This document shows positions 36,542-48,461 of a DNA stretch of 64,000 nt, in pieces. The translations under genes and the position numbers were made by a program. The stretch is from the NCBI GenBank assembly GCA_002746255.1, contig NVWO01000007.1, positions 2,404 through 66,403 of the forward strand, in the 5' to 3' direction. Each line of letters starts with the position of its first letter. Within the stretch, counting starts at the first letter, position 1. The DNA comes from Rhodospirillaceae bacterium (lineage in GTDB: Bacteria; Pseudomonadota; Alphaproteobacteria; GCA-2746255). The notes beneath the pieces are model-generated. The model worked only from the letters and a program-made list of their open reading frames with translations. It had not been told where the DNA came from and made no database searches.

Positions 36542-37966
36542 GTGGCGCGAATGAAAAACGCCAGGCGAAAGGGATTAGGGTTGGGCATCCGGGCGGTTCG
36601 ATGGTTCTCAAGGGCTTGCGCTCTCCTTCTGGTTGGTGGTGGGGCGTTTTCGGCTTTTGATGCTTGCGCGCAAAGCATCGCACAATCCCTCGTTTCCGCT
36701 TATCAGAGCAATCCGACCTTGCGCGCGCAAAGGGCCAGGCTGCGGGCGACGGACGAGGCACTTCCCCAGGCCCAGGCCGGCTGGCGGCCAACGATCACGG
36801 CAAACGCAGAAATAGGACGATCCCGGGTCGAGGGGAATTTATTCGCCCAATCTTCGGGCACCCAGATTCGTTCCCCCTCGAGTGTGAGCATCCTCCTTTC
36901 GCAACCCATCTTCCGTGGTGGCCGGACCTTTTATGAAACGCGCCAGGCGGAATATCGCGTGCAGGCCGAGCGCGCACGCCTGCGCCTCGTCGAGGCAGAA
37001 GTGCTGCTGGATGCGGCTGCGGCCTTTATGGATGTTGTGCGCGATCAGGCGGTCGTCGAGTTGAATGTCCACAACGAACAGGTTCTTCGCCGACAGCGGG
37101 AAGCCGCCGGCGACCGTTTCGAAATCGGCGAAATTACCCGAACGGATGTTGCCCAGGCCGAAGCGCGGCTGGCTGGCGCGCGCGCGGACCGAATTCAGGC
37201 GGAAGGGAATCTCGCTGCCTCGCGAGCCACCTTCAAGAGGGTAACTGGCATGGCACCGGAACGGCTTGTCACGCCGGCTTCTCTGGGAAACCTGCCGCAA
37301 TCCGAGGCCGAGACGCTGCGCATTGCGGCGATGTCTTTTCCGGCGATCATCGCTGCGAAATTCGATGAAAAATCTGCGGCGGAGGCCGTCAATATCGTTG
37401 AAGGCGAATTGCTGCCGACGGTTTCCCTGAACGCTGAGGTCAGCAAGGCGCAGGAACAGTTTTCTACCGTTGATGACACAAAACGGGGAACAATCAGCGC
37501 CCGGGTTTCGATGCCACTTTATCAGGCTGGTGCCGTACATTCGCGCCTGCGCGAAGCGCGTCAGGTTGCCGGTCAGCGTCGGGTCGAGGTCGAAGAGAGC
37601 CGTCGCAGCGCCGTCGAGCAGGCTACCCGCGCCTGGTCGGATATGATTACCGCCCAGGCGGGTATCGTCTCGCTCAAATCCCAGGCCGAAGCGGCAACCA
37701 TCGCCCTGGATGGGGTCGAGCAGGAGGCGCTTGTCGGATCGCGCACCGTGCTGGACGTGCTGGATGCTGAACAAGAGCTTCTGGATGCGAAGGTGGCTCT
37801 GGTGCGGGCTGAACGTGACGAATTTGTTGCGTCCTTCCGCCTAAAATCGGCGATCGGCGCCCTGACGGCGGAGGCCCTGGCCTTGCCGGTCGCGTTCTAT
37901 GACATGAACAAGAACTACGACGATGTGCGTGGGCGCTGGATTGGCTTTGGCAGCGATTCGGAGTAA
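36542..37966 (+). CDS. tolC: TolC-family outer membrane efflux protein
   Basis: 474 aa, signal peptide, two OEP repeats. Confidence 0.8.
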   Translation: MARMKNARRKGLGLGIRAVRWFSRACALLLVGGGAFSAFDACAQSIAQSLVSAYQSNPTLRAQRARLRATDEALPQAQAGWRPTITANAEIGRSRVEGNLFAQSSGTQIRSPSSVSILLSQPIFRGGRTFYETRQAEYRVQAERARLRLVEAEVLLDAAAAFMDVVRDQAVVELNVHNEQVLRRQREAAGDRFEIGEITRTDVAQAEARLAGARADRIQAEGNLAASRATFKRVTGMAPERLVTPASLGNLPQSEAETLRIAAMSFPAIIAAKFDEKSAAEAVNIVEGELLPTVSLNAEVSKAQEQFSTVDDTKRGTISARVSMPLYQAGAVHSRLREARQVAGQRRVEVEESRRSAVEQATRAWSDMITAQAGIVSLKSQAEAATIALDGVEQEALVGSRTVLDVLDAEQELLDAKVALVRAERDEFVASFRLKSAIGALTAEALALPVAFYDMNKNYDDVRGRWIGFGSDSE

Positions 37967-38099
37967 CAACGGACCCGGCTGCGGACGACTTCTTATTCTG
38001 GCGTTTTTTTGGGGACTGGCTTAGGGTTGACGAATTCTTTGCCGTGATCGGCCAAGACGTTACGGGTTATGACGGGCCACGGCGAAAGGGCAGGGACGG

Positions 38100-38906
38100 A
38101 TGGCGGACGGTCAGGAAAACAATCTTTCCTCGGAAGAGGATGGCGACGGGCAGGGAGAACCCTCAATGGAGGAGATTCTGTCGTCCATTCGCCGTATTAT
38201 TTCTGAGGACGACGAGGCGGAAGGCACGAAGGCCACCGGGGAAGGCGATGCAGACGTATCGGATGAGGCGGCTGTTCTGGAGGATGCGGACGGTGCGGAT
38301 GACCTGACGGTCCCGAAGGATGTTGACGGTGCGGAGGATGCCGGGGATGAAGACGAGGACATTCTGGAACTCACCCGGATGGTTTCGGAAGACGGCAGCG
38401 TGACGGACCTGGCGGAAGAAAGAAAGCCGGAGGCGGAGATGGCGACAGAGGCGAGCGAGACGGAAGCGACCTCCGAAGAGGCGATGGCAGGGGAAGGTGC
38501 GGTCGATGCGGATGCGCTTGAGATGCAGGACCCGGAACCGGACGCGCCTGCCGAGAGCAGCACACCTGCCGAGAGCACACCTGCCGAGGCCACGCCTGTC
38601 GAGGATGCGCCCGTTGAAGTTGAGGCGTCACCGACAGCATCTGAACCCGGCGGTGATTCACTCCTTGATAAGACAGCTGCCGCTGCGGCCACGGAATCCT
38701 TTGGGGAGCTTACGAAGGCGGTCATCAAAGAGGACGGGCCGGGCATTCAACTTGGTTCTCTTACCGAGAAGACCCTGGAAGACCTCCTCAAGGAGCTGCT
38801 TCGCCCGATGCTGAAAGAATGGCTCGACCAGAATTTGCCTTCGATTACTGAAAAGCTGGTGCGAAAAGAAATCGAGCGCACGGCGCGACGGGCCGAAGAA
38901 CTCTGA
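38100..38906 (+). CDS. popZ: PopZ-like polar organizing protein (DUF2497 C-terminal domain, long acidic middle region)
   Basis: N-terminal EPSMEEILSSIRRIISED and C-terminal LRPMLKEWLDQNLPSITEKLVRKEIER match the PopZ signature; D/E/A/P-rich low-complexity core. Confidence 0.7.
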   Translation: MADGQENNLSSEEDGDGQGEPSMEEILSSIRRIISEDDEAEGTKATGEGDADVSDEAAVLEDADGADDLTVPKDVDGAEDAGDEDEDILELTRMVSEDGSVTDLAEERKPEAEMATEASETEATSEEAMAGEGAVDADALEMQDPEPDAPAESSTPAESTPAEATPVEDAPVEVEASPTASEPGGDSLLDKTAAAAATESFGELTKAVIKEDGPGIQLGSLTEKTLEDLLKELLRPMLKEWLDQNLPSITEKLVRKEIERTARRAEEL

Positions 38907-39022
38907 CTTCCATGTGACTCCCCTTATGTGATTTGGATGATGATTTGGATGCCTGAGGCCAGGACGCTTTCCGTGGCTGGTCTTCCCTTTGCTTAAAAGA
39001 TGAGAAAACGCTTTAAACGGTC

Positions 39023-41674
39023 ATGAAAGAGCTAGAAAAAAGATACGATTCCAAAGCGGTCGAAGGGCCGTGCTACAAGGCCTGGGAAAATGCCGGTGCC
39101 TTTGCTGCCGACACCAAATCGGACGCGGCACCCTTTACGATCATGATGCCGCCGCCGAACGTGACCGGCAGTCTGCACATGGGCCACGCCCTCAACCATA
39201 CGCTCCAGGACATTCTGACCCGCTATTACCGCATGAAGGGGGCAGATGCCCTCTGGCAGCCGGGCATGGATCACGCAGGTATCGCCACCCAGATGGTCGT
39301 TGAAAGGCAACTCGCCGAAAAAGGCATCACGCGCCACGATCTTGGTCGCGAAGCCTTTGTTGAACGTGTCTGGGACTGGAAAGAAGAATCCGGCGGGACG
39401 ATTACCACCCAATTGCGGCGTCTGGGGACGTCCCCCGATTGGGAAAAAGAACGCTTCACCCTGGATTCGGGCCTCTCGCAAGCCGTTACGAAAGTCTTTG
39501 TCGAACTTCACAAGGCCGGCCTTCTTTATCGGGACAAGCGCCTCGTCAATTGGGATTGCGAATTGCTGACGGCGATCTCTGACCTTGAAGTCGTACAAAA
39601 AGAAACGAAAGGCCATCTGTGGCATTTTCGTTATCCGCTGGAAGACGGTTCCGGCCATATCGTCGTTGCAACCACGCGTCCGGAAACGATGTTTGGCGAT
39701 ACGGCGGTTGCTGTGCATCCCGAAGATGCGCGCTATCAGCACCTTGTCGGCAAAAAGGTACGTCTGCCGATTTCTGATCGCCTGATTCCGATTGTTGCCG
39801 ACGAACATTCGGACCCGGAGATGGGAAGCGGGGCGGTCAAAATCACCCCGGCCCACGACTTCAACGATTTCGAAGTTGGTCGTCGTCATGACCTTCCTTT
39901 GGTGAACGTGTTTGATGCGAAGGCGCATTTAAACGAAAATGTTCCCGAAGCCTATCGCGGTCTTGACCGTTATGTGGCGCGCGAAAAAGTTATTGCTGAA
40001 ATGGAATCCCTCGACCTTCTTGAACGGATTGAAGACCATGTTCACGCGCTGCCCCATGGGGATCGTTCCGGCGCGGTGATTGAGCCTTATCTCACCGATC
40101 AATGGTTTGTAGACGCCGCCACCCTGGCGAAACCGGCGATTGAGGCTGTGGAGACGCGCAAGACCCAATTCGTGCCGAAACATTGGGAAAACACCTATTT
40201 TGAATGGATGCGCAACATTCAGCCCTGGTGCATTTCGCGCCAGCTGTGGTGGGGGCATCGGATTCCGGCCTGGTACGGACCGGATGGGGAAATTTTTGTT
40301 GCGGCATCGGAGGAAGACGCCGCCGCCGCCGCCAAAATCCATTACGGCAAGGAAACCGAACTCACCCGTGACCCCGATGTGCTGGACACCTGGTTTTCAT
40401 CGGCCTTGTGGCCGTTTTCGACCCTGGGCTGGCCGGAAGAAACGCCGGAACTTGCGCGCTATTATCCGACGGACGTGCTGGTTACCGGGTTCGACATCAT
40501 TTTCTTCTGGGTGGCACGCATGATGATGATGGGGCTGCACTTCATGGGCGAGGTGCCTTTCCACACCGTCTACATCCACGCGCTGGTCCGCGATGCCTCG
40601 GGCCAGAAAATGTCGAAGTCGAAGGGCAACATCATCGATCCCCTGGGGCTGATCGAACAATATGGCTGCGATGCGCTGCGGTTCACGCTGACGGCTCTTG
40701 CTTCGCCGGGGCGTGACATCAAACTTTCGGAAGCGCGCGTTGAAAGCTCGCGAAATTTTGCAACGAAGCTTTGGAACGCGGCGCGCTATTGCCAGATGGC
40801 GGAATGCATTCCGGACCCGGATTTTAATCCGGGTGCCGCGTCGCTTACGGTCAATCGCTGGATCATCGGCCATGTTGCCAAACTGGCGGGCGATCTTGAG
40901 CAAGCGCTTGCGGCTTACCGCTTCAACGATGTGGCCAATGTGTTGCATCACTTTGTCCGGGGAACTTTCTGCGACTGGTATCTGGAGTTTACAAAACCGA
41001 TCCTGAATGGCGACGACGCGGCCGCAAAAAAAGAGACGCGCGCGACGACGGCCTGGGCGCTGAACCAGATCCTTCACCTGCTGCACCCGGTCATGCCGTT
41101 TATCACCGAGGAATTGTGGCAGAAAATCGGCGAAGGGGACGGGATGCTGATGACGTCCGGCTGGCCGATTTTTGATGCCGGCTTGATCGACGAAGACGCG
41201 ATGGCGGAAATGGATTGGGTTGTGCGGCTGATTACGAAAATCCGCATCATCCGTTCAAAATTTCAGGTGCCGCCGAAAAAGGCAATCAAGGCTGGGGTTG
41301 AGAACGCGAACGAAACCACATTGCAACGCATGAAAACCCATGACGCGATCATCAAGACACTCGCCAATCTGGAAAGCCTTAGCCAGGAAGAAAACATGGC
41401 AGGAGGCACCATTCCCTTTGTGCTCGACGAGGCGACGGGCCATGTTTTTCCGGGTGATGACATCAACGTGCCCGTACAGCAGGCGCGTTTGGAAGAAGAA
41501 ATACGCAGCCTCGACAAGGAAGTCGCCAAGATCGAAAAGAAGCTTGGCAATGCGCAATTTCTTGCGAAGGCCCCGGAAGAAGTGGTGGCGGAACAGCGCG
41601 CACGCCGGGACAGGGCCAAAGATGAATGCGACGAGAATCGAAAGTGGCTCGCGGGAATGCAAGAACGGCGTTAA
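39023..41674 (+). CDS. valS: valine--tRNA ligase
   Basis: 883 aa; HIGH-type PNVTGSLHMGH, KMSKS. Confidence 0.9.
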   Translation: MKELEKRYDSKAVEGPCYKAWENAGAFAADTKSDAAPFTIMMPPPNVTGSLHMGHALNHTLQDILTRYYRMKGADALWQPGMDHAGIATQMVVERQLAEKGITRHDLGREAFVERVWDWKEESGGTITTQLRRLGTSPDWEKERFTLDSGLSQAVTKVFVELHKAGLLYRDKRLVNWDCELLTAISDLEVVQKETKGHLWHFRYPLEDGSGHIVVATTRPETMFGDTAVAVHPEDARYQHLVGKKVRLPISDRLIPIVADEHSDPEMGSGAVKITPAHDFNDFEVGRRHDLPLVNVFDAKAHLNENVPEAYRGLDRYVAREKVIAEMESLDLLERIEDHVHALPHGDRSGAVIEPYLTDQWFVDAATLAKPAIEAVETRKTQFVPKHWENTYFEWMRNIQPWCISRQLWWGHRIPAWYGPDGEIFVAASEEDAAAAAKIHYGKETELTRDPDVLDTWFSSALWPFSTLGWPEETPELARYYPTDVLVTGFDIIFFWVARMMMMGLHFMGEVPFHTVYIHALVRDASGQKMSKSKGNIIDPLGLIEQYGCDALRFTLTALASPGRDIKLSEARVESSRNFATKLWNAARYCQMAECIPDPDFNPGAASLTVNRWIIGHVAKLAGDLEQALAAYRFNDVANVLHHFVRGTFCDWYLEFTKPILNGDDAAAKKETRATTAWALNQILHLLHPVMPFITEELWQKIGEGDGMLMTSGWPIFDAGLIDEDAMAEMDWVVRLITKIRIIRSKFQVPPKKAIKAGVENANETTLQRMKTHDAIIKTLANLESLSQEENMAGGTIPFVLDEATGHVFPGDDINVPVQQARLEEEIRSLDKEVAKIEKKLGNAQFLAKAPEEVVAEQRARRDRAKDECDENRKWLAGMQERR

Positions 41675-41704
41675 AATACGCCGGAACGATCAGGGAAGAC
41701 GCCC

Positions 41705-43429
41705 ATGACCCGCAAATTTAACGAAAAGCAGAACCTGCCGAGCCGCTATGTTTCCATCGGGCCGGAAAGCTCGCCGCATCGGTCCTATTACTACGCGATG
41801 GGGATGACGGAGGAAGAAATCCATCAGCCCTTTATCGGCGTTGCTACCTGCTGGAACGAAGCGGCACCGTGCAACATCACCCTTGGCCGTCAGGCCCAGG
41901 CCGTCAAGCTGGGCGTGAAAGCAGCAGGTGGGACGCCACGGGAATTTACGACGATCACGGTAACCGACGGCATTGCCATGGGCCATGAGGGCATGAAGTC
42001 CTCTCTCGTCAGTCGTGAAGTGATCGCCGATTCGGTCGAATTGACCATGCGCGGCCATTGTTACGATGCGTTTGTCGGCCTGGCCGGTTGCGACAAATCG
42101 CTGCCCGGCATGATGATGGCGATGCTGCGCTTAAACGTGCCGGCCGTCTTTATGTATGGCGGCACAATCCTGCCCGGCCTCTACAAGGGCAAAGAGGTCA
42201 CCGTGCAGGACGTGTTCGAAGCCGTTGGTGCCCACAGCGCCGGCGATATGACGGACAAGGAATTGTACGATCTGGAACGCGTCGCATGTCCTTCCGCAGG
42301 CTCTTGCGGCGGCCAGTTCACGGCCAATACGATGGCGTGCGTCTCGGAAGCGGTAGGGCTGGCGCTGTCCGGATCGGCGGGCGCGCCGGCACCTTATGAA
42401 TCCCGCGACGCCTATGCCGAAAAAAGCGGCGAGGCCGTCATGCGTCTTTTAGAGATGAATTTGCGGCCGCGCGATATCGTCACCCGCAAGGCGCTTGAGA
42501 ACGCGGCCATGGTTGTCGCCGCTTCGGGCGGCTCGACAAATGCGGCTCTTCACCTGCCGGCAATGGCCAACGAAGCCGGAATTGATTTTGATCTGCATGC
42601 CGTGGCCGAAATTTTCCGCAAAACGCCCTATCTTGCCGATCTGAAGCCTGCCGGGCGCTATGTGGCAAAAGACCTTTACGAAGTGGGCGGCGTGCCGATC
42701 CTGATGAAGGCCTTGCTGGACGGTGGCTATCTTCATGGCGAATGCATGACGGTCACCGGCAGGACGATTGCTGAAAATCTGGAAAACATCGTTTTCCCGA
42801 CAGATCAGGATGTTGTGCGCCCAACCTCAAACCCGCTGACACCGACGGGCGGCGTTGTCGGGGTTCGGGGGAATCTTGCGCCCCAGGGGGGGATTGTGAA
42901 GGTTGCTGGCATCGAGAAACTGCAATTCCGTGGCCCGGCGCGTTGCTTTGACTGCGAGGAAGACGCGTTTGAGGCCGTCGAAAAGCGGGATTACAAGGAA
43001 GGCGAGGTCATCGTCATTCGCTACGAAGGACCACGCGGCGGCCCCGGCATGCGCGAGATGCTGGCCACCACCGCTGCCATTTATGGCCAGGGGATGGGCA
43101 ACAAGGTGGCGCTTATCACCGATGGCCGTTTCTCTGGTGCCACCCGCGGGTTCTGCATCGGCCATGTTGGCCCGGAAGCCGCAGTCGGTGGGCCAATCGC
43201 CCTTTTGAAGGATGGCGACATCATCGCCATCGACGCCGACAAAGGCACCCTTGAGGTCGAGTTAAGCGACGACGAACTTGCCGCCCGCGCAAAGGAATGG
43301 AAGCCACGGGAAAGCGCGTTCGGGTCCGGTGCCATCTGGCGTTATGGCCAGACCGTTGGCGATGCGGAGCAGGGTGCCATCACCCATCCCGGCGCCAAAG
43401 GGGAAAAACGCGCTTACGCAGATATCTGA
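41705..43429 (+). CDS. ilvD: dihydroxy-acid dehydratase
   Basis: 574 aa; CDKSLPG, SGGSTNA motifs. Confidence 0.9.
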   Translation: MTRKFNEKQNLPSRYVSIGPESSPHRSYYYAMGMTEEEIHQPFIGVATCWNEAAPCNITLGRQAQAVKLGVKAAGGTPREFTTITVTDGIAMGHEGMKSSLVSREVIADSVELTMRGHCYDAFVGLAGCDKSLPGMMMAMLRLNVPAVFMYGGTILPGLYKGKEVTVQDVFEAVGAHSAGDMTDKELYDLERVACPSAGSCGGQFTANTMACVSEAVGLALSGSAGAPAPYESRDAYAEKSGEAVMRLLEMNLRPRDIVTRKALENAAMVVAASGGSTNAALHLPAMANEAGIDFDLHAVAEIFRKTPYLADLKPAGRYVAKDLYEVGGVPILMKALLDGGYLHGECMTVTGRTIAENLENIVFPTDQDVVRPTSNPLTPTGGVVGVRGNLAPQGGIVKVAGIEKLQFRGPARCFDCEEDAFEAVEKRDYKEGEVIVIRYEGPRGGPGMREMLATTAAIYGQGMGNKVALITDGRFSGATRGFCIGHVGPEAAVGGPIALLKDGDIIAIDADKGTLEVELSDDELAARAKEWKPRESAFGSGAIWRYGQTVGDAEQGAITHPGAKGEKRAYADI

Positions 43430-44214
43430 TTGGCGGGCCCCCGGGGCGGTGCAAGGGAGCACCAGACCGGCGTGTGGTCGGATGGCCGCTCTTTTGCCCG
43501 GAGACTTTTGTCGATCTCGCAAGCTTCCAGCCGGTCGGCGGCCTGAGGCGAAAGCAACAGATGGTCGATGCGCAGGCCCAGATCGCGCTGCCAGGAACCG
43601 CTCTGGTAATCCCAGAAGGTAAACGCCCCGGCTTCCGGGTGGTGAATGCGAAAGGCGTCCGTTAGGCCAAGGTGGATCAGCGCGCGGTATTTTTCCCGCG
43701 TTCGCAGGTCGTACAGCGCATCTTTCTCCCAGCCTTTGGGGTCGAAAACGTCGATCGCTGTCGGGATGACGTTGAAATCGCCCGCCAGCACGAAGGGTTC
43801 TTCTGTTTTTAACAACGCTTCGCTATGGCGCTTGAGCCGATCCAGCCAGCGTAGTTTGTAGTCGAATTTCTCGGTCGCAACCGGATTGCCGTTGGGAAGG
43901 TAGATCGAGGCCACGCGTACGTCCCCGATTCGCGCTTCGATGTAACGCGCCTGTTCGTCGTCGGGTTCGCCGGGAAGCCGTCTTTCCAGAACCTCAATGG
44001 GGGCATTGGCGAGAATGGCGACGCCGTTATAGGATTTTTGCCCGACGACGGCGGTGGCATAGCCCGCCGCCTCGATTTCGAACGCCGGAAAGGTTTCTTC
44101 AACGGTCTTGGTTTCCTGCAGGCAAACGACATCCGGCCGGGCGGTCTTCAGCCATTCCAGAAGGATCGGCAGCCGGGCTTTGACGGAATTGACGTTCCAG
44201 GACGCGATTTTCAC
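43414..44214 (-). CDS. xthA: exodeoxyribonuclease III
   Basis: [15 protein letters not shown] start (GTG); the track ORF extends to 44364. Convergent 16-nt overlap with ilvD. Confidence 0.8.
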   Translation of the reverse strand: MKIASWNVNSVKARLPILLEWLKTARPDVVCLQETKTVEETFPAFEIEAAGYATAVVGQKSYNGVAILANAPIEVLERRLPGEPDDEQARYIEARIGDVRVASIYLPNGNPVATEKFDYKLRWLDRLKRHSEALLKTEEPFVLAGDFNVIPTAIDVFDPKGWEKDALYDLRTREKYRALIHLGLTDAFRIHHPEAGAFTFWDYQSGSWQRDLGLRIDHLLLSPQAADRLEACEIDKSLRAKERPSDHTPVWCSLAPPRGPANQISA

Positions 44215-44230
44215 TGGAAGCGCTGGCGGT

Positions 44231-44578
44231 CTAGTTGACGGAAAAGGAATTGCCGCAGCCGCAGGACGCGGTCGCGTTGGGGTTTCGGATGGCGAAGGCA
44301 GAACCGATAAGGTCTTCGACAAAATCGACTTCGGCACCGGCCAGGTATTCGCGGCTGATCGCATCGATCACGATCGACGCCCCGTTCTTTTCAATCACAA
44401 CGTCGTCATCGTTCGTCACATTGTCGAAGGTGAAATTATATTGAAAGCCCGAACAACCGCCGCCGGTAACGGCAATGCGCAGCCTGTGGCCGACCTCGGC
44501 CTCGGCGCTCAGAAGCTCGGCGATGCGCCGGGCGGCGCTTTGCGAGATTGTGACGGGTGCGTGTTCCATAAGACCCAT
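44231..44578 (-). CDS. erpA: iron-sulfur cluster insertion protein ErpA (HesB/IscA family)
   Basis: GGGCSGFQY and C-terminal CGCGNSF. Confidence 0.8.
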   Translation of the reverse strand: MGLMEHAPVTISQSAARRIAELLSAEAEVGHRLRIAVTGGGCSGFQYNFTFDNVTNDDDVVIEKNGASIVIDAISREYLAGAEVDFVEDLIGSAFAIRNPNATASCGCGNSFSVN

Positions 44579-44710
44579 TCTAGAACAAATTTTGCCCGGA
44601 CAATACCAGAGCCTGTCTTAGATGGGGGATGTTCGAATTTTGTCAATGTTTTTAACCGCTTCCCAAGCGAAGCGTTGCGTCCCCCCAAAGCTTCCGGGTA
44701 GTGTCCGGCG

Positions 44711-45889
44711 ATGGAACCCTTTGCACCCTACGCCTGTAAGCCGGAAGAAAGCCGTGGCCGTCGCTACCCTGAAGAGGAAAGCCGGATGCGGACTGTTTTT
44801 CAGCGCGACCGTGACCGCATCATTCATGCTTCGGCGTTTCGGCGGCTGAAATACAAAACCCAGGTTTTCGTCTATCACGAAGGCGATCATTATCGAACAC
44901 GGCTGACCCACAGTCTTGAAGTGGCGCAGATTGCGCGCGCCATCACCCGTACCCTGCGGCTGAACGAAGATTTGGCGGAAGGCCTGGCCCTGGCCCATGA
45001 CATTGGCCATCCGCCCTTTGGTCATGCAGGCGAAGCGGGGCTTAACGAGGCGATGGCGGCCTATGGTGGTTTTGACCACAACGCCCATACGCTTCGCATC
45101 CTCACCAGTCTTGAACGGCGTTATGCGGAATTTGACGGGCTGAACCTCACTTGGGAAACCCTGGAAGGGGTTGTGAAGCACAATGGGCCACTGACCGGCC
45201 CAAAGGCCACCGCAGGCCAGACCGTGCCGGGTGAAATAGCGGATTACATCCGCGTGCACGATCTGGAAATTGAAACGTTTCCGGGCCTTGAGGCGCAAAT
45301 TGCCTCTCTTTCGGATGACATCGCCTATCACAGCCACGACCTTGACGACGGCCTGCGCGCCGGCCTTTTCACTGTGGACGAGGTGGCAGACGTGCCGCTT
45401 GTCGGCCCGGTGGTTGCCGATGTGCGTGCGCGTTATCCTAAAATCGAGGTCCAGCGTCTGGTTCCCGAGACCATTCGACGGCTGATCGACCGCATGGTGC
45501 AGGACCTGGTCGCAGAAACAAAACGCCGGTTGCAAAGCGCGCGTCCGGAAAACGCCCAGGCCATCCGCGAACTCGATGCGCCGGTCGTCGCCTTTTCCGG
45601 GACAATGGAAAAGGACAATCAGGCCTTAAAGGCGTTTCTCATGCGGCGCATGTACCGTCATTACAAAGTCAACCGGATGGCAAGCAAGGCACGCCGTATT
45701 GTGAAAGAGCTTTTTGGGCTTTTTATCTGTGAGCCGGGATGCCTGCCGACGGAATGGCAGGTGAACATAGAGACGTTGGATAAATCGGCAAAGGCGCAGC
45801 TTGTCCTTGATTACATTGCCGGCATGACGGATCGTTTCGCGTTAGAGGAACATCGGCGGCTTTTTGACAGTTATGCAAAAATAGAATGA
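44711..45889 (+). CDS. dgt: dGTP triphosphohydrolase-like HD-domain protein
   Basis: [15 protein letters not shown]...[10 protein letters not shown]. Confidence 0.8.
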   Translation: MEPFAPYACKPEESRGRRYPEEESRMRTVFQRDRDRIIHASAFRRLKYKTQVFVYHEGDHYRTRLTHSLEVAQIARAITRTLRLNEDLAEGLALAHDIGHPPFGHAGEAGLNEAMAAYGGFDHNAHTLRILTSLERRYAEFDGLNLTWETLEGVVKHNGPLTGPKATAGQTVPGEIADYIRVHDLEIETFPGLEAQIASLSDDIAYHSHDLDDGLRAGLFTVDEVADVPLVGPVVADVRARYPKIEVQRLVPETIRRLIDRMVQDLVAETKRRLQSARPENAQAIRELDAPVVAFSGTMEKDNQALKAFLMRRMYRHYKVNRMASKARRIVKELFGLFICEPGCLPTEWQVNIETLDKSAKAQLVLDYIAGMTDRFALEEHRRLFDSYAKIE

Positions 45890-47643
45890 ACCTTTTCAAA
45901 TACTTTCAGGCAGAAGTTCTAAGAGTTGTTGAAGAAATGACGGTCGCTGGCGAGCTGCCATCAGGTCTGGATTCGACAAAAATCGTGGCCGAACCGCCGC
46001 GCGAGGCGGCCCATGGCGACGTCTCGACGAACGCGGCTCTGGTTCTAGCCAAGGCGGCGGGGAAAAAGCCACGGGAGCTGGCCGAGCGCATTGCATTGCT
46101 TCTCGCGGAAAACACGATGGTGGCGGCTGTGACGGTGGCCGGTCCCGGCTTCATCAATCTGCGGCTTACGGAGTCCTTTTGGTGCGAGCGTCTTGGCGAA
46201 ATTCTCTCGGAGGGCACGGGCTATGGGGATTCGGATTTTGGCCAGGAAGCGCACGTAAACGTTGAATATGTTTCGGCAAATCCGACCGGTCCTATGCATA
46301 TCGGCCATGGGCGCGGGGCCGTCATTGGCGACGTTTTGGCGTCGCTTCTTGAGAAAGTCGGTTATCGCGTTACCCGCGAATATTATATCAACGATGCCGG
46401 TGCCCAGATCAACAAGCTGGCTCAGGCCGTCTATTTGCGGTATCGCGAATTTCTTGGCATTGCGATTGGCCCCGATGCCTTTGAAGATTCCTATCCCGGC
46501 GATTATTTAAAGCCGGTGGCTGAGAAGCTGGCTGAAAAATATGGCCGGGAATGGGTCGATGCGCCGCCGGAGACGTGGCGTCCGGTCTTTCGCGATTTCG
46601 CGATCGATGAGATGATGGCGCTCATCCGTGAGGATTTAAAGGCACTTGGCATTGTTTTCGACCGCTTTTCTTCGGAACGCGTCCTTGTCGCCGAGGGCGG
46701 TGTGGACGCGGCCCTGCAAAGCCTTGAAGCCAAGGGCCTGGTTTATGAGGGCGTCCTAGAGCCACCCAAAGGAAAACTTCCAGACGATTGGGAAGCCCGG
46801 CCGCAAACACTTTTCCGCTCAACGGATTTTGGAGATGATGTCGATCGGCCGTTGAAGAAATCCGATGGCAGCTGGACCTATTTCGCCACCGACATTGCCT
46901 ACCATCTGGACAAGTTTCAGCGTGGGTTTGCTTCGATGATTGACGTTTGGGGCGCGGATCATGGGGGCTATGTCAAACGCATGGTGGCGGCGGTGGCGGC
47001 GATTACGGACGGTCGCGGCGCTCTGGATGTGAAGCTGTGCCAATTGGTCAGTCTGCTTGAAGATGGCGTGCAGGTGAAAATGTCGAAGCGGGCCGGTACG
47101 TTTGTCAGCCTTCGCGAGGTTGTGGACGAGGTCGGCAAGGACGTTGTCCGCTTTATCATGCTGACACGTAAAAACGACGCCCCGCTGGATTTCGATACCA
47201 GAAAAGTATGTGAGCAGACCCGGGACAATCCGGTCTTTTACGTCCAATACGCCCATGCGCGCGCCAAATCCGTGCTTCGCCACGGGAAGGAAAAATTTCC
47301 GGACATGGACCTTGGCAAAATGGCCCTTGCCGGGGCGGCGCTGAACCGGCTGACGGCAAAAGGGGAGCTTGCGCTTATTCGCAAGATGGCGGATTGGCCA
47401 CGTCAGGTGGAAATGGCGGCCCGCTTTCATGAACCCCACCGGATTGCCTTCTACCTTTACGACCTTGCCAGCGAATTCCACGGATTGTGGAACCAGGGCA
47501 ACGAGGACGCCGATCTGCGCTTTCTAATAGCCGAGGATTCAGAGCTCTCCCGGGCCCGGCTGGGGCTGGTTTTGGCGCTGACCCTTGTCATTGCGTCGGG
47601 CCTGGAAATCTTTGGCGTCGCACAGGTAGAGGAGATGCGCTGA
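45886..47643 (+). CDS. argS: arginine--tRNA ligase
   Basis: 585 aa; [11 protein letters not shown]. Confidence 0.9.
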   Translation: MNLFKYFQAEVLRVVEEMTVAGELPSGLDSTKIVAEPPREAAHGDVSTNAALVLAKAAGKKPRELAERIALLLAENTMVAAVTVAGPGFINLRLTESFWCERLGEILSEGTGYGDSDFGQEAHVNVEYVSANPTGPMHIGHGRGAVIGDVLASLLEKVGYRVTREYYINDAGAQINKLAQAVYLRYREFLGIAIGPDAFEDSYPGDYLKPVAEKLAEKYGREWVDAPPETWRPVFRDFAIDEMMALIREDLKALGIVFDRFSSERVLVAEGGVDAALQSLEAKGLVYEGVLEPPKGKLPDDWEARPQTLFRSTDFGDDVDRPLKKSDGSWTYFATDIAYHLDKFQRGFASMIDVWGADHGGYVKRMVAAVAAITDGRGALDVKLCQLVSLLEDGVQVKMSKRAGTFVSLREVVDEVGKDVVRFIMLTRKNDAPLDFDTRKVCEQTRDNPVFYVQYAHARAKSVLRHGKEKFPDMDLGKMALAGAALNRLTAKGELALIRKMADWPRQVEMAARFHEPHRIAFYLYDLASEFHGLWNQGNEDADLRFLIAEDSELSRARLGLVLALTLVIASGLEIFGVAQVEEMR

Positions 47644-48461
47644 TGGCCGTGGCAAAGCATTCGACGACCCGGCCGCCATTTTTCATGCGGCGTGGCGTTT
47701 TGGGCTTTTTCGCGGCTCTTGCCGCTTTTGGGATGTTTGCTGCCGTCGTTTTGGTTGCGTATGAGGAAAATATAAGATCCGGCGACGTCATCGTGCCGAT
47801 TGTGCGGGCCGAAAAGGGTCCGATCAAGATACGCCCAGAAACGCCCGGTGGCATGACCGTGCCATTTCAGGACAAGCTGGTCTATGACCGACTTTCCGAG
47901 ACGGCAGAAGGGGCGGAGAAGACGCACCTGTTGCCGCCCCCGGAAACACCTGTGGCATTGCCAAAAGCGCCTGCGGCATTGCCAAAAGCGCCTGCGGCAT
48001 TGCCAAAAGCGCCTGCGGCGGCTCCAAAAGCGCCTGCGGCAGCCCCAAAAGCGCCTGCGAAAATAGCAGATAGCGTAACTGCCGGTGAGGTGCCGCCGAA
48101 GACGGAGCTTTTGCGCCGTTTGGAGATGGAAACGCCGCCTGTGAAGTCCACACCGGCATTGGCGAAGCCAAAGGCATTGGCCAAACCGAAACCTGCAAAT
48201 GCGGCGTCTGAACAGACTCTTCGCATACAGATTGCGTCCCTGCGATCCGAACAGGCAGCCCGTGACCAGTGGGCACGGCTGCAAAAAGCCCATGGCGACC
48301 TTTTCGGGCCACTGGCCCTTCATGTGCAGCGGGTGGATTTGGGCGGGCGAGGGATTTTCTTTCGTCTGCAGGCGGGGCCGCTGGCCGGCGTTGCGGCGGC
48401 AAAAGCGCTCTGCGCGACACTTCAACAACGCAAGCTGGGGTGCCTGCTTGTCCGCCCCTGA
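47643..48461 (+). CDS. SPOR-domain protein (single TM, Ala/Pro/Lys-rich repetitive linker, C-terminal SPOR)
   Basis: TGATG overlap with argS. C-terminal LRIQIASLRSEQAARDQWARLQ...FFRLQAGPL. The track ORF extends to 47487. Confidence 0.7.
   Translation: MAVAKHSTTRPPFFMRRGVLGFFAALAAFGMFAAVVLVAYEENIRSGDVIVPIVRAEKGPIKIRPETPGGMTVPFQDKLVYDRLSETAEGAEKTHLLPPPETPVALPKAPAALPKAPAALPKAPAAAPKAPAAAPKAPAKIADSVTAGEVPPKTELLRRLEMETPPVKSTPALAKPKALAKPKPANAASEQTLRIQIASLRSEQAARDQWARLQKAHGDLFGPLALHVQRVDLGGRGIFFRLQAGPLAGVAAAKALCATLQQRKLGCLLVRP
47955..48059 (+). repeat. 21-nt tandem repeat x5 (3 identical copies GCATTGCCAAAAGCGCCTGCG + 2 variants) encoding (A-L/A-P-K-A-P-A)5 within the SPOR protein
   Basis: Seen in sequence. 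Confidence 0.85.

Noticed and set aside
44618-45535. 305-aa minus-strand ORF
   Set aside because: Antisense to the dgt HD-domain gene.
47457-48428. 323-aa minus-strand ORF rich in Arg/Cys/Trp
   Set aside because: Antisense to the SPOR protein gene and its tandem repeat.
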